From NCBI RefSeq assembly GCF_037042905.1, contig NC_087259.1:20212001-20276000 (forward strand): a stretch of 64,000 bases of DNA. The letters run 5' to 3'. The notes below the pieces were generated by a model that ran no database searches, was not told the DNA's origin, and saw only the letters and a list, made by a program, of their open reading frames with translations. Shown here in pieces: positions 1 to 12,838 of this stretch (the first letter of the stretch is position 1; every line of letters begins with the position of its first letter). A program made the position numbers and the translations under genes. The stretch is from Lytechinus pictus (taxonomy: Eukaryota).

Positions 1-607
1 AAATTATGGAAAATATCTTTTGCAAATGAAATTACTTGATTGCAATTATTTCTTACATTGTATTGTCATTTTACTTGATAGAAATTCATTATTTTTTATA
101 ACCATGACAGTGTTCTAATTTCATATTTGCTAAATTGTAATAATTCTTTTGATCTTCCTTCATCTTCATGAAAGTATGAATTCTAGTCATCTGCTTCAAA
201 GTCTGCCCAATACAATGGTTACAAAGGGCCTAAGCATCACTTGTCATTTTTTAATAAGTAGTTAAGTCAGTAGTCAAGTAAGGGGTCAGACAGTTTGGCT
301 GTATTATATTTGTTTAATTATCTTACTAGTGTCAATTTACTAAACTTTTGCTGTTTGTGATTGAACCCCCAAATTGCTCGATAGTACCATTATGTTGGAC
401 AGACGTTAATATTGACTAGAGGACTATTATTACTTTCCAAACCAACCTGAAGATAATATGATACTTCACGTAGTACAGGGGTATATTGTCTCCCTTCCAT
501 TGTTGTGATGTATGGGCTGGGTAATATCATCTAACTTGTCCTGGAATAATCATTCTCTGCAACAAGTTCCACTTCAGCGACTCTCAGTTGAACATCATCA
601 TTCCTGG

Positions 608-853
608 CATTGGCGGCGGAAGCCAAAAATTTTAGGGGGGAACCGCCAAAACTTTTTGACAAAAAAAAAAAAAAAAATAGTGACCAAAAATCTTAGGGGG
701 GGGGGGACACAGGAAACAAAAGTGAAAATTGACAAGCCAAAAAAAAAAAAAAAAAAAAGGTTATCAACAAAAAATTGAGGGGGGGGGGGTCGTCCCCTCC
801 CCACCTAAAATTTAGTGGGATACGTCCCCCCCCCCCCACTTCCACCGCCTATG
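608..853. mobile_element. Non-autonomous DNA transposon (MITE), hAT- or P-like
   Basis: Imperfect TIRs CATTGGCGGCGGAAG (608-622) / CTTCCACCGCCTATG (839-853). 8-bp TSD ATTCCTGG (600-607) / ATTCCAGG (854-861). Poly-A/poly-G interior. Confidence 0.8.
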
Positions 854-2613
854 ATTCCAGGTGCTTGGAGATCTTCGAAAGGCATGCTATAACATCCACT
901 TAAGTTCCAGTTCCTTTCATGTTTTTTCCTCATCTTAGTGAGCATCTCCAAGTGTTCATATTTTTAGTGTCCTTTTTTAGATTTACCAAACTCAGTTTTA
1001 TTACCTGATAAATGAAATTACAAAATTCTATCCCAAAAATTGAACACTTTGATCAAGTTTGGTTACTTAAACTTAATGTTAAATAAACTGAAAATATGTA
1101 ATAAAAGGCAAAATAATAATAATGATGAAAAAAATACCGGTAATAAAAACAAAAGTTACTCAAATTCACTCAAAACCATACACTTATCTACTCTCCTCAA
1201 AAATCAGTTCTCACTTTTAGGTATTGATCATTCATTCAGTCAATGAAATAATAAAAAGAGACAGGAGATCCTCATCAAAATAAACACAAACAGTGTCTCA
1301 CACACACACTACACATTAATAGTAAAATCAGTTTGTATCTTTCGTGGGATTTGTTTTTATGTAAATCTGGATTCTTCTTGGTAGTAGGGCCTTAGGTCGC
1401 TCTGACTTGAACTTAAAACTTCCAATCTCAAGAAGGCAAGATATATCTCGGGAGATAGTCATCATCAAGATGTTTAGGAGTTCAACCTGGTGGTGAGGTT
1501 ATTCATGATGGCATCTGGTATTCTGGCAGAAAGAATCAGAAATATAAAATGCATAAATACAATTGTTTATTTTTTTCAATACAAATTAAATTACCTGAGT
1601 CATTCAAGATAGTGGGTATTTTTTTTTAGGGGGGGGTGATGGCATGACAAGTTTTTAGTCAAAATTATTTTTATCTTCATTTATCTTTTTTTTCCCACTT
1701 TGTATTACCATTTATTCAAAAATTGCAATAAACATATCAATAAATGAGTTTTTAATCTACCGGTAGTTGGCAAAAGTAAAGCCAGTATTGGCAGTAAAAC
1801 ACTGACACCACGGCACTGACACTGACAGTGAATGTTCATTTTCCAGTGCATGCACATCACTGCCCCATCATCTTCACTCGTTTTCAGAAAATATTTAGTT
1901 ATTTCTCAAATATGACCATGATTATCTTATTCATGTCATTACTCTGGTGTTTATTCATGATTTTAAATTCAGGAAATCATTCAGCAAACGAAGAAAACAA
2001 AGCATTTCTTGACTGTGATTCCGTGTGATTCAAGTTCAATTTCATTTCTGTGTGTATCACATGTACGCACGTACGTGACGTAATCTTAATCTCTATTATG
2101 ATGTAAATTTATCATCCCGCGCGCGATTAAAATGGCTCGAAATTCGACCAAATTCAAGGACAGCTCAGCTTGCAAACCTCACTGAGAAGGGCTTCCCCAG
2201 CCCTTGCGATTCCCCGCGCTGCAATTTCACTGCAATACACAGAAAGGAAATCAACTCAAGTTTCACAATCAACGGAAAATCCGGAACCCTTCGAGACCCA
2301 TTTTACAAGAAATACAACTAAATAAGGTAAGAATTGAAAGCAACTCAAGACATTTTCGACTTACCGACACTTTCATGTTTATTTTCGGAAGATTTCATGG
2401 AATTTGGGGCACGAAAATGGTATCGGTAGCTCGCGAAAGTCCTGTGCAATACGATGACATATTTTTCATCGCACGGGAGGACAATCACAAAGAGAAAATA
2501 TCATACACATCCGCGCTAACAGGGGCTTAATTTTGACGATATCGCATCGCTATGCGATTGCAATGATTGACATGCGAACGAAGCTTGCGTACAAATTTTG
2601 AGCACTTCCGCGA

Positions 2614-2629
2614 CAGCGCCATCTAGTGA
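2614..2629 (-). promoter_or_regulatory. CTCF-like motif in CpG-rich, promoter-like region
   Basis: Minus strand reads TCACTAGATGGCGCTG, close to the CTCF core consensus. An ETS-type CACTTCCG lies at 2603-2610. Motif match only. Confidence 0.45.
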
Positions 2630-4094
2630 CTACGGCCGTGCCTATACAAGGCATGGCAACAAATAGTCAAAACTGACTAGTTTGCATATTCAAAATAACA
2701 TTAACACCCCCCCCCCCTCACACACACACAGACACAAACAAAAGAGGGGGAGACTGACGGACACTGCACTGGCTCGTTTTGACTTACCGGTACTTTTATT
2801 ATTATTTTTTTTTACTTATGCAATTTGTTTGGTTTTCTTTCTCTAATGAGTATTCTAGATAAACTTACTTGTTCATCCTCCTGCATCGAGGCTGCTAAGG
2901 GCAGCCCGTCAGCGACACGGGCTATCATCGTCATCAAAACCATCTTGAGAAATTGTTTATGATGAAAAAGAGAAAGGAATGGATGGATGGACTGGTCAAC
3001 AAGACAACTGCAAGTGCAACTGTTCCTCAGGTTTGCCTACAGCAAAATCAATACGTGGAGCTAGTGATGCTGAACTAGGTTATACAGAGATCTTCTAAGC
3101 TCTCAGCACGTCGATTCCCGATGAGCGTGGATAGCTCTTCTCTTACTGCTTCGTTAAAACCTTGAGAAATGTGTCGAATATAGCAAGATAACCAAATGGT
3201 ATACCTGAAATTCAATTGAAATCGAAATTCCAGGGTGGTATAGGATCTAAAAAGAGATTCATACGTGTACCACAAAATTAGCCTTATCTCAAAACGCACA
3301 GCAGAAACTTTGAAGATGAATTATCAATTTCGAATGCATAAATTGCATTTCTCAAAGATTTAATTTAGAGAACGCAACTATTTTGGAAGATCTTCAATTA
3401 AAAAATAAATAATACAATCATAGACGAAGTAAAACACTTATAACGTGCAGTTTTATTGAATTTTATAATACTATGACGTCTGGTATTGACCATGAAATCC
3501 GAAGAGGAAAAAGGTAAGAGAGAGTGGTAATGAATAAAATATCAATTTAAGAATCGTATTTCCAAGTATTAAAAATAAAATACGGGTCAATGATTTTTTT
3601 TATTTTTATCAAAAAAAATAGTTTAAAAATAATATTTTTAGACTTTTAAGTTTCAAATTAAAAAGAATTGAATTTATTTAATATATTTGAACCCCAAACA
3701 TATTGTTGAAATTCTTTAATTGCAAAATAAACGAACAGTCAACTTTGTAGTGGCTATCTTCAACTACTTTGACCGACGAACTTCGAACGTGAGGAGCTTT
3801 CTTATATTTCGTATTACGTATTTCCCCCCTATTGATTGATAATGTACGTATTAAAATGAATATTTCACTGTTTTTTTATGTTAAATTTTCATTTTTATTC
3901 AATCAATTGAATAATGTCAAGTATATAATAAGTCTTGCCGTGGATGTGTGGTGTACCTGACTCAGCTCTGAATTGCGTAATGTATGTCCCACGTATTTAA
4001 AATTGCGTGGTAAAAAAGTTCAATTGAAGAAGGTGAAAATGGCAGAATGCATCTGATCTGGCAGGGCCGGGGCGGTATCACTCACACTAATACG

Positions 4095-4627
4095 TAACCC
4101 AGAGAGCTCCCGCCCGCGCAGCGGGCGGGAGCCCAGAAGCTTACCGTGTATTTTACCATTGTCACCGGACTAGGGTGATTTATGGTCTAAATATTTCTCA
4201 AAATGAATTGTGAAAACAGAAAGTATACAATCAATTACCACGATTATATGGATGAAGGTCTAACGAGTGGCAGTTTCCTGACATCTGGGCACAGACTGGA
4301 ACCTCAAATAAACGAAAAGTTCTCTCCTCTACCCCAGTCTCGATCGGCCATTTTGTTACAATTTTTAACAAAAATGGCCGATCGAAACGGGGGTAGAAGG
4401 AGAGAACTTTTCGTTTTTTTGAGGTTCCAGTCTGTGCCCAGATGTCAGGAAACTGCCACTCGTTAGACCTTCATCCATATAATCGTGGTAATTGTATACT
4501 TTCTGTTTTCACAATTCATTTTGAGAAATATTTAGACCATAAATCACCCTAGTCCGGTGACAATGGTAAAATACACGGTAAGCTTCTGGGCTCCCGCCCG
4601 CTGCGCGGGCGGGAGCTCTCTGGGTTA
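4095..4627. mobile_element. Fully palindromic (foldback) non-autonomous element, Mutator/MULE-like
   Basis: The whole 533 bp is a near-perfect inverted repeat centred at ~4361 (TAACCCAGAGAGC...GCTCTCTGGGTTA). Perfect 9-bp TSD ACTAATACG at 4086-4094 and 4628-4636. Confidence 0.9.
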
Positions 4628-5577
4628 ACTAATACGAGGTTCGTATATATTATACGAACCTCGTACACCGGACCGTGTTTGACCGTAGATTTCGAACTAG
4701 TCGGCAAACATTGCTTCATTGCTGAAGTAATATTTGCCGAAACTCCTTCTCGCTACGCACCGGGGCTCTTTCCGGTAAGTAGCAATACATAACAAAATTA
4801 TACATATGATATTTAACTCATTTCATTTAAAAAGAGCAAATTTCGCTTACCTCGGCCTAGCAAGTGACTTCGTTTGTCTCTTCTACGGAAATACAAGGAA
4901 GCCCGTTGGTGGCGCTAATAAATTTCACAACCTTGATTCAGCTCCTCGGTAATTTTATAACTGTGTCTAAATTCTTTGAATGCGCAATTCTTATGATTAA
5001 TTTACTAATTATGGGCACCAATAAATAAAATAGGGTAACGCGCCCGGTATTCGGTCACCTCCCAGAATTCGGTCAGACAGCTGTTTCAACAGCTGTTGAA
5101 AAAAAAAAAATAATGCATGAGCCAGAAAACTTTGGCATATCATGCAAGAAACCAGCACTTCCAGCCCACCTCAAAAAAAATGTCGATTAAGACAAGCACA
5201 CAGCCAAAAACTAACCTTAAAATTGACCGCGTCGGGGGGGTTTTGTTTACTTCCGGGTTTCTTAGCTATTGAGTTAAGCGGACGCAGCCTCATGTAAACT
5301 CTTGTGACGTCATGACTTCGTGTGTAGGTGTAGTGAATTTGGTACGAGTGTGAAGGGGAAGACTTGTGTGTTCACCCAGTCGCAGCGAATATGCAACTAG
5401 CAGTGAAACTGATGAGTAGCGAGGGCTTATACATTGCCCCTATAGTGAGAGGGCGCTCGACCAGAATTCGGTCGCGCAACATTGAGTGTTTTGCCGGTGT
5501 GTTTGTAAGGAGGGAAGAGCGTGCAGATACGTTGCTCCTCGCAAGTGAAACACTTCTCTTAATCCATTTTTTGTTCT

Positions 5578-5968
5578 GTTAGGCCTAAATAAGTTTAGAA
5601 TATATCTAAAATTATTTTTCATGAATAAAAATCTTAAATCAAAGATGTTTATTGCCTATGAAAATGCAATTTGAGCAGGTGAATGACGATGGTGACGAAG
5701 TTGGTAAATTTGACCAAGGCTCATTTTGATTGCCTTTGCGTGATTGAGTTGAAGTCTACATCTTTCTCAAATGATAGGGCAAATGATATGCCTACGTTAG
5801 GCCTAAATAAGTTAAGAATATACCTACAATTATTTTTATTAATAAAAATCTTAAAACAAAGATGTTTATTGCCTGTGAAAATGCAATATGAGCGGGTGAA
5901 TGACGATGGTGACGAAGTTGGCGAATTTGACCAGGGCTCATTTTGATATTGCCTTTAACGTGATTGAG
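5578..5968 (+). repeat. Tandem direct repeat (period ~218 bp) inside pogo-like element
   Basis: GTTAGGCCTAAATAAGTT...GAATGACGATGGTGACGAAGTTGG begins at 5578 and again at 5796. Confidence 0.8.
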
Positions 5969-6528
5969 ATTAATTCTTAGTGATTTCCTTTTTGGCCTCA
6001 ATAGTTAAACTGTGTTATTTTTTTAATGTTATCATAGTTATTTTCAATATTATTATTAATTTGAATAATACATCCGGTTCCAGGGATGATGGACCCCCCA
6101 AGAAAAAAAAATTAAAAAGGCTCTTCCACGAGTGTTATTTTAAAAGACGTCATTGCTAGATCAAAGGCTGGAAAATTGCCCCTCAATTTTGCCTGTCCCT
6201 CACATATCAGAGGTCTGCAGCTAATTTTTTTGGTCGTTTTAATTTAAAACAAGGGGCCTTTTAATATTGTCATCATTGCTAATAACATCAATCGAAAGTG
6301 GATGACAATGTTGACGAATTCGGTTAGAATTATCAGTTACTGTTGTGAATTCAATTGGAATTCAGTTGCCCGAGTTAGGCCTAAAGTGATTTATAGAATT
6401 AATAAAATGTTCCTTTCGTCTAATATTAATTTTAAATTCTTTGAGTTCATACTTTCAATGACTTTTCAAACAGATATCAAATCTTTACTAACAGTATATC
6501 AAACAGCAGGTTGACAACTCAGTATTGG

Positions 6529-6835
6529 ATGGTAGACAAGATGTCAAAAAGGAGGGCGTCTGAGGTATATGGGATACCTAAATCAACGCATAGGGATAAA
6601 GTAGGTCTACATATTTTTATTTACTTAACCATACTCTGAACTTAAACTATTATATCAATCGGTAATTTCCATCATGCTGTGTAATTCAAATGTTCTAAAA
6701 AATTTTCCTTACCAGTTTCTCCACAGATCGATGGGAAGACACCAGTAAAATCGCGGCATGGTTCCAGCCCTTACCTGTCCGTTTCTATAAAAGCAAATTT
6801 GGCGGCATGGGAACAGCGGATGGCAAAATTCGGGG
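6529..6835 (+). pseudogene. Relic of pogo-type transposase N-terminus (HTH_psq plus start of CENP-B-type HTH), split by an intron
   Basis: MSKRRASEVYGIPKSTHRDK (6541-6600), GT..AG intron 6601-6726, then IDGKTPVKSRHGSSPYLSVSIKANLAAWEQRMAKFG. Matches the psq pattern S.R.A...YG[IV]P.ST...K followed by G..P.LS......A.W...MA..G. No DDE core visible. Confidence 0.7.
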
Positions 6836-8372
6836 TGAAGAGACTAGAGTTTCAGCAGATGATTCAAAATTAATTGTCGGTCTCGTCGTTATTTTGTCTT
6901 TCTTTCCCTTTTAATTTTTCTCGTTCATTTTTGGGGGATTTAAAGGACCATTGATGTAGTAAAGGAAATGACAATAGCGAGGGCAGTAGTTTTGTGTTTT
7001 AATATGGAACCAGTAAATGATGATATTGAAGGAAGTTGCAATAAAACAATGAGCATAATTATGAAAAGGATAGTGTAAGAATGATAGATTAAGGCCATTA
7101 TGATGAAATTAATTTATGTACATTATCTTCATTCAAATTATTTCATCAAGAAGGCGTACCACACTTGTATTCAAGAAAGATTTAGCATTGAGTGAATTAA
7201 AGATAGTCTTCAATGACCTCTTATATCACTATGTTCCCTAAAACTTTGTTTGATTTATCAAAGGAATGATATGAAATCCTTATTTCCTCTTCGTTTTCCC
7301 TATATCGGAGGCCGACGTAGATCTTATAAGTATCATTGAGCCATTAATTTTATTGTAAAAAATAAACTAATATAAAATCCAAGAAATTACAAAGAAAATA
7401 TATATTCTACGCAGTTGTTAGCCCTGGTACTAATTATTTTGCAGTACAAGAATTATTTTTACATTCTATTGTTTGTATTCATATCATTCTTAATTTTATA
7501 TCAATTTTATGTATTGTACGTAGTCGTAGATGGCCAAACAGTAAATTTTGTTACAAAGTATTTGATTTATTGATTTCTTTCCATTTATGAAAGACAAGAG
7601 TATGAAACTTATTTGCCATTTGTATTAATTCTACATTCACCTTGCCATTCATTTCATAGACTGAAAAAAAATAAACAACATCTTGACTGCAAAGACGTGA
7701 AGTTTCAATAACATGTTGCCCATTTGACTCTTTGTCTGTAATGAAATTGACTGAAACGATGATGCTGCGCCATTTTCTGGTTGATTCCGTTTTGGATTGT
7801 TGTATTAAAAATTCTGAGTGATTGAAAATTTATATAATCTTAACGAGAGGGGATTGATATGGTCAGCAGAGCAGAGGATTAATATTCATTGGGGACCTCT
7901 ATTGTTGCATCCACCCCCTAAAAAATACAAAAGATAATCCTCTTCTCCGATGCCCATAGTTTGAATGAGCTAGTGTTGATCTACTATTTGACATAGGTCG
8001 TGTGGCTGATTATCTTTTGGTGATTGACTGGAGCGACTAAAAACAAAAACCAAATTATTTGATAGATTTTCATGAATGACTATCAGGACTATCGGGATGG
8101 CAGATTAAAAATATGATTTTAGAAAATTATGAACATTAAGTAAAATCTCCAAAATAATAAATTCTACTCAGTAGCGGATCCAGGGATGAGCCCCCTTAAT
8201 TTGACACTTTTATCATGTAAAAAGAAACGGGAATTACGGGTACACGGACCTTGCTCCCCGCTTGGATTCCCCACTGTACTGAATTACCAAATAAGCAACA
8301 AAAAAAAAAATAATAATAATAATAATAAACAGACCAAAATGATTAAAGACTCCCTCAAACAAAAACAGAACA

Positions 8373-8730
8373 ACCCCAAACAAGCGAGCATGCATCTGAA
8401 AATGAAAACGGCAAACGGGTATGAAACCATGCAAGTTGGAATGTTACCAAAACAAAACACAAAAACAACATAAACATAACATCGAAAAGCAAAACAAGTG
8501 ATTGAAAGTAGGAAATCGAAATTCATAAACAAAATATAAGAACACAAAACCCCCAAACAAACGAGCATGCATCCGGGGCATGCATAGGAATATGAAAACG
8601 GCAAACAGGTAAGAAACCATGCAAGTTGGGATTATGTAAATACCAAAACAAAACAGAAAAAAAATAACATGAAATGTAACGTCGCAAAGCAAAACAAGTG
8701 ATTGAAAGTAGGAAATTATAAATCATAAAC
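8373..8730 (+). repeat. Tandem direct repeat (period ~178 bp) inside pogo-like element
   Basis: CCCCAAACAA.CGAGCATGCATC...GAAACCATGCAAGTTGG...AAAGCAAAACAAGTGATTGAAAGTAGGAAAT occurs twice. Confidence 0.8.
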
Positions 8731-11358
8731 AAAGTAAAATAATACAAAAGGAGTTTTGCCTGTAAAAGAGGGAAGAAAAAATACAAAAGTTAATTATTAA
8801 ACATGTATTTTCATAGAATGAATAATGAAACATATATATTCAGTTTACGCCATCACATGGCGAAATTTCAAACAATACCGTTCAGTCTCAATTCTTCCAC
8901 CTGTTCTGTTATTTCTAGTGGACTAATTAGGTTTTATTGTTGCTTTTATTAAAAAATAAACACTAGAAATGTATAATTAAGATGTTGAGATCACATAAAA
9001 GGAATAAAAAACAGTAAGCATAAGATAAATTCGAATAGTTAACATCAGATAAATCGCGCGTTTTCGCGCGACCGAATTCTGGGCGGCGTGACCGAATACT
9101 GGGCGGAAAACACCACCTCGGTCTATCGGCAATATTTTCTTCAACAATATTCAATATTCTAAATGAGTTCAATAATCTGAAAGAGGACAATTTTTTCTTT
9201 CTCCTGGTCGGTGGATTTACAAATAAATGAGGTAGGTATTTATTTTACCGGCGATTTCCCCTTAAGTGACCGAATACCGGGCGCGTTACCCTACCTTCAA
9301 AAACATAATTCAGGATTACTATTGGCGATGATAACACTTTTGTTGCAATTAATTTAAAACGATGACTAATATAATTTTTTTTTTTTTAAATACACATGCC
9401 TGGAACGAAACCAGCAGTACAAGCAGTATTAACGAACGTCACGGTATACCAAAGTCTATACAATGAAAAGATTGGACACTTCACGGACTTCGCGTAATGC
9501 CTTGCGTCGATTTGCGTGTAGAATAGTGTAGGTTCCTAATCTTTCCCTTGTCGTGTCTTTGATATGAATATAAATCGCGCGCCCTCTTTAGGCGAAAATT
9601 TATATCTACGCTGACCAAATTTTATCTCCGTGAAATCTTCACTAAAGATCAAGAAAATATACATATTTTTAAGAAAAAACTTCAAGGAGAAGTCACGGAA
9701 GGATCTAAATGATTCGGTAAGTGTCATAGCAGAATGTGAAATACCAGATTATTGGTGATATTTTATGTGGGCAAAAGCCCACTATCTTTTTGACTTGTCG
9801 TGTGTGTCGCGTGCATATGACTGATATTCCTTCGCACGCGAGATGATATGAACCCATGGGTGGGGCTGTATATAGATCTAACGTTAGTCTAAAAGTGTCG
9901 AGATAAGACATTATTCAAGATGCATCAGGATATATCCTGGACAATGTCTTATCTCGACATTTTATATTTTCTCACAGAGAATGGACATGATTGATGGAGA
10001 TATTAAATAATAGGGATTAATAATATTAAATTGGTATTCTCGAGGAGGTAACTTTTTTTTCAAAAGTAAATTGATTATTTATTATTGTCATGAACTGTAC
10101 CTACCAATCATACTCATAGCCTATTAGTATTAGCTATCACAGCCGCTTTGAGTTTAAGACATTATCCGTCCCCGTGTTAAATTGGTGAGATCAATATTAA
10201 TTTCTACAAACACTCAAACTTTTTTGAAATAAAAATAGATAAAATTTACATCGTGTACTTTGAGGTCCATAATAATCCATTTTACAGAGGCGACCTTGTC
10301 ACTCGTACATCCCCGAAAAAGTCGCCACCTTGAAAATATCGAGTTTCGCGAGATCTGACTTGCAGGTTTTATTTTCTCATATCATTGCTATTCAATGAAA
10401 CATCAATTTTCTTTCTTTTCGAGTTCGAAAAAGTATTTTGATGCTGAAAATACAATACGGGTGAGCAAAATTGTGTTTTAAATGTGATTTTTTGTTTGCA
10501 TAATTCATGAATATTATCAATTATTGTTCGGTCTTTATCTTTTTTTCTCAGGCGGCATTTTCTTGACGCCGATGTATGAATTGAAGGTTTTTTCTTCGGG
10601 CGATGGTCATTTTCTGACTTTACAAATGTGTCACATATCGCCCTCAAAGCTTAAACACAAGGCGATGTCGGACTAATGAGTCATAATTTTTTTAGAGTTT
10701 GAGCGAGGATGAGCTGGCATTAATATTGACCCTTTTTTTTTTTTTAAATATAAATAACACTACATACCTTAATTTAATAAATAACAATTGTCGCATTCAA
10801 CTTCTGCTGTGACATGAAATGAATGGGTAGACCGGATCGAGCTCTGTGTGTCTCTAGGTGCAGTGGTCACTGGTAGAACATGTATAAGAGCTGGAGAATC
10901 TGCACGTGGCATGTGTGTGTGCATGGTGTGCATGTATACAATTGCAAGTCATGTGCAATCATCAACTTTGAAGCCAAAGGAGACAAAGGGGGTTGTTGTT
11001 GTTATGTTCTTGTTATTTTGAATAGGCAAACTACTGTAGTCAGTTTTGACTATTGTTGCCTTGTAAATTTGCTTTCCTTTTTTTTTTTTTAACAGAATAA
11101 TTTCTTTGTTGAATCTATATCAGTTAGAAAAATAAAGGAAAGAGAGAAAAGAAAAGTTCTTAGGAAATCATGCAAGACCACCTCTCCTGCCCTGTACAGC
11201 ACGTTATCCTGACAAGCCCGCTCGAGGTGCATTTCGAGGGCGTCTCAGGAGTACAAAAAATTGTATGTTAGCCCCCTGTTCAAATATTTGTTTTACAGCA
11301 AATGGATAATATCAGGGATGGAATGGGTATGTCTCTTTTCAAATATAGAATCTTGACA

Positions 11359-11580
11359 CCAGGGGCGGATCCAGGATTTTTCAAAAATTTGACAAGCAAA
11401 AAAAAAGAAAAGGGTTTTCAACCAAAAATGAAGTAGGCATTTCGTCCACAAAAAATTTGACAGGCAAAAAAAAAAGTCCTCACTTTCAAAAGGGGGGAAG
11501 GCACACTTGTGTTTTAACGGCATTTTTAAATTACAAATTTCAATTGTGCTTCTCAAAGGGGGGCATGGGCATGCTGCGAT
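11359..11580 (+). mobile_element. MITE fragment (CAGGGGCGGATCCAGG family; another fragment at ~40214-40370)
   Basis: CAGGGGCGGATCCAGGATTTT...TTTGACAAGCAAAAAAA...TCACTTTCAAAAGG is shared with ~40214-40370. Confidence 0.6.
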
Positions 11581-12471
11581 TTTCCTGTGCACAGTGGCAT
11601 ATAATGCACCCATGGGTGGATAATTCCTAGGCCTAACTTATAGTCTAATGTACATGAATGTAATGATAAATTAAACTTAGTTTAAATTAAAGAGCTAGGC
11701 GACTAGGAGTAACGCACCCAGAATTCAGTATATGCCCTCATTTGACATGGATAGAAGTTGAAAATAAACATTGCAATAAAAAATAGACATATATATTAAA
11801 TGAACATTGATGCAAATTTCATTTTGCAGTTTTGGAAAAGAGATTTTATAACAAAAAATATTGCAGAAAAGCTAAACATTTCAAATTTCAGGCAGGTTAC
11901 TCTAACTTCACCTGCCCAGGATTCTGGTACTTTTGTCATGTTAAGGCTTAAGCTTTAATTTTTTGTGCAAGATTTTTGGTTTTAAAAAAAATTTCACAAA
12001 ATTATTTCATAAAATCTTGAAATGTATCACCATGTAAAATGAAAAAACAGAGTTTGACTCACCAATGTAGAAAAGGGCAAGTATATCTATATTCTTCTTC
12101 ATCTTTCCCTTCAGTTTTCAACTCAGCAGATTGCAATTTTTTATTGCAATCTGCTGTTTAGTCAGCTTTGCGCACATAAAATCCTTTGGCATGCGATAAT
12201 TGGCATGAACTTACCGCCCTCTTGTGTGGAAAAGAAGTGAGCGACTTTGCTAGACTCTTCCTCACCGAAGTTATAGTGTTTTCTCTCTCTTATTGCGTGC
12301 AATAATACCTGTAACACCAACATCATAATCAATTGAATTCAATATTCAAATAATGATGGAATTAACCTAATGATGAATTAATTTTTATGATTATTCCATT
12401 GTTTATATTTTAAATGAAATGTAAAGTCCTTTAAAATTTCTGTTTAATGATTGATACGGTCATTCAAGATC

Positions 12472-12752
12472 ATAATAATAATAGCTGGATTTATAAAGCA
12501 CTTTTTGCCTGAGGATACAAAGCGCTGCTAAGCCTGCTATTATTACCCCGGCTTTAGCTCGAGCTACCATCACCGGCGCTCAGTGCATTCAAGGAAATAA
12601 TCCTGCCGGGTACCCATTCACCTCACCTGGTTCGAGTGCAGCACAGTGTGGATAAATTTCTTGCTGAAGGAAAACACGCCATGGCTAGGATTCGAACCCA
12701 CGACCCTCTGATTGAAAGGCAAGAGTCAGAACCACTAGACCATGACGCGCCC
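12472..12752 (-). mobile_element. tRNA-derived SINE (family A)
   Basis: Minus-strand head GGGCGCGTCATGGTCTAGTGG...GGTTCGAATCC (A and B boxes), central CCAGGTGAGGTGAATGGGTACC, (TTA)n tail. Homologous copies at 27441-27712 and 56239-56538. Confidence 0.85.
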
Positions 12753-12838
12753 ACGATGCAAGTCTACATTGAATAATTTGTATTTCTTTTAAATCATAAT
12801 ATTATCAGTGAACCGTAGGTCTAGGAAGCCGATCCAAG

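Larger units (their letters stand above)
5033..9291 (+). mobile_element. Pogo/Fot1-like (Tc1-mariner superfamily) DNA transposon, internally decayed
   Basis: Perfect 26-bp TIR GGGTAACGCGCCCGGTATTCGGTCAC (5033-5058 / 9266-9291). TA TSD at 5031-5032 and 9292-9293. Inner 17-bp inverted repeat at 5461-5477 / 9066-9082. Transposase N-terminal relic inside. Confidence 0.9.

Noticed and set aside
2860-3330. Coding-like composition
   Set aside because: Stops in all plus frames examined and no motif recognised. A translated search would be needed.
4203-4466. 87-aa ORF
   Set aside because: It lies within the palindromic MITE and shows no recognisable protein features.
1-12800. CDC26 orthologue head-to-head with PRPF4, as in human
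   Set aside because: No MLRRKPTRLEL-like coding sequence found by eye on the minus strand.
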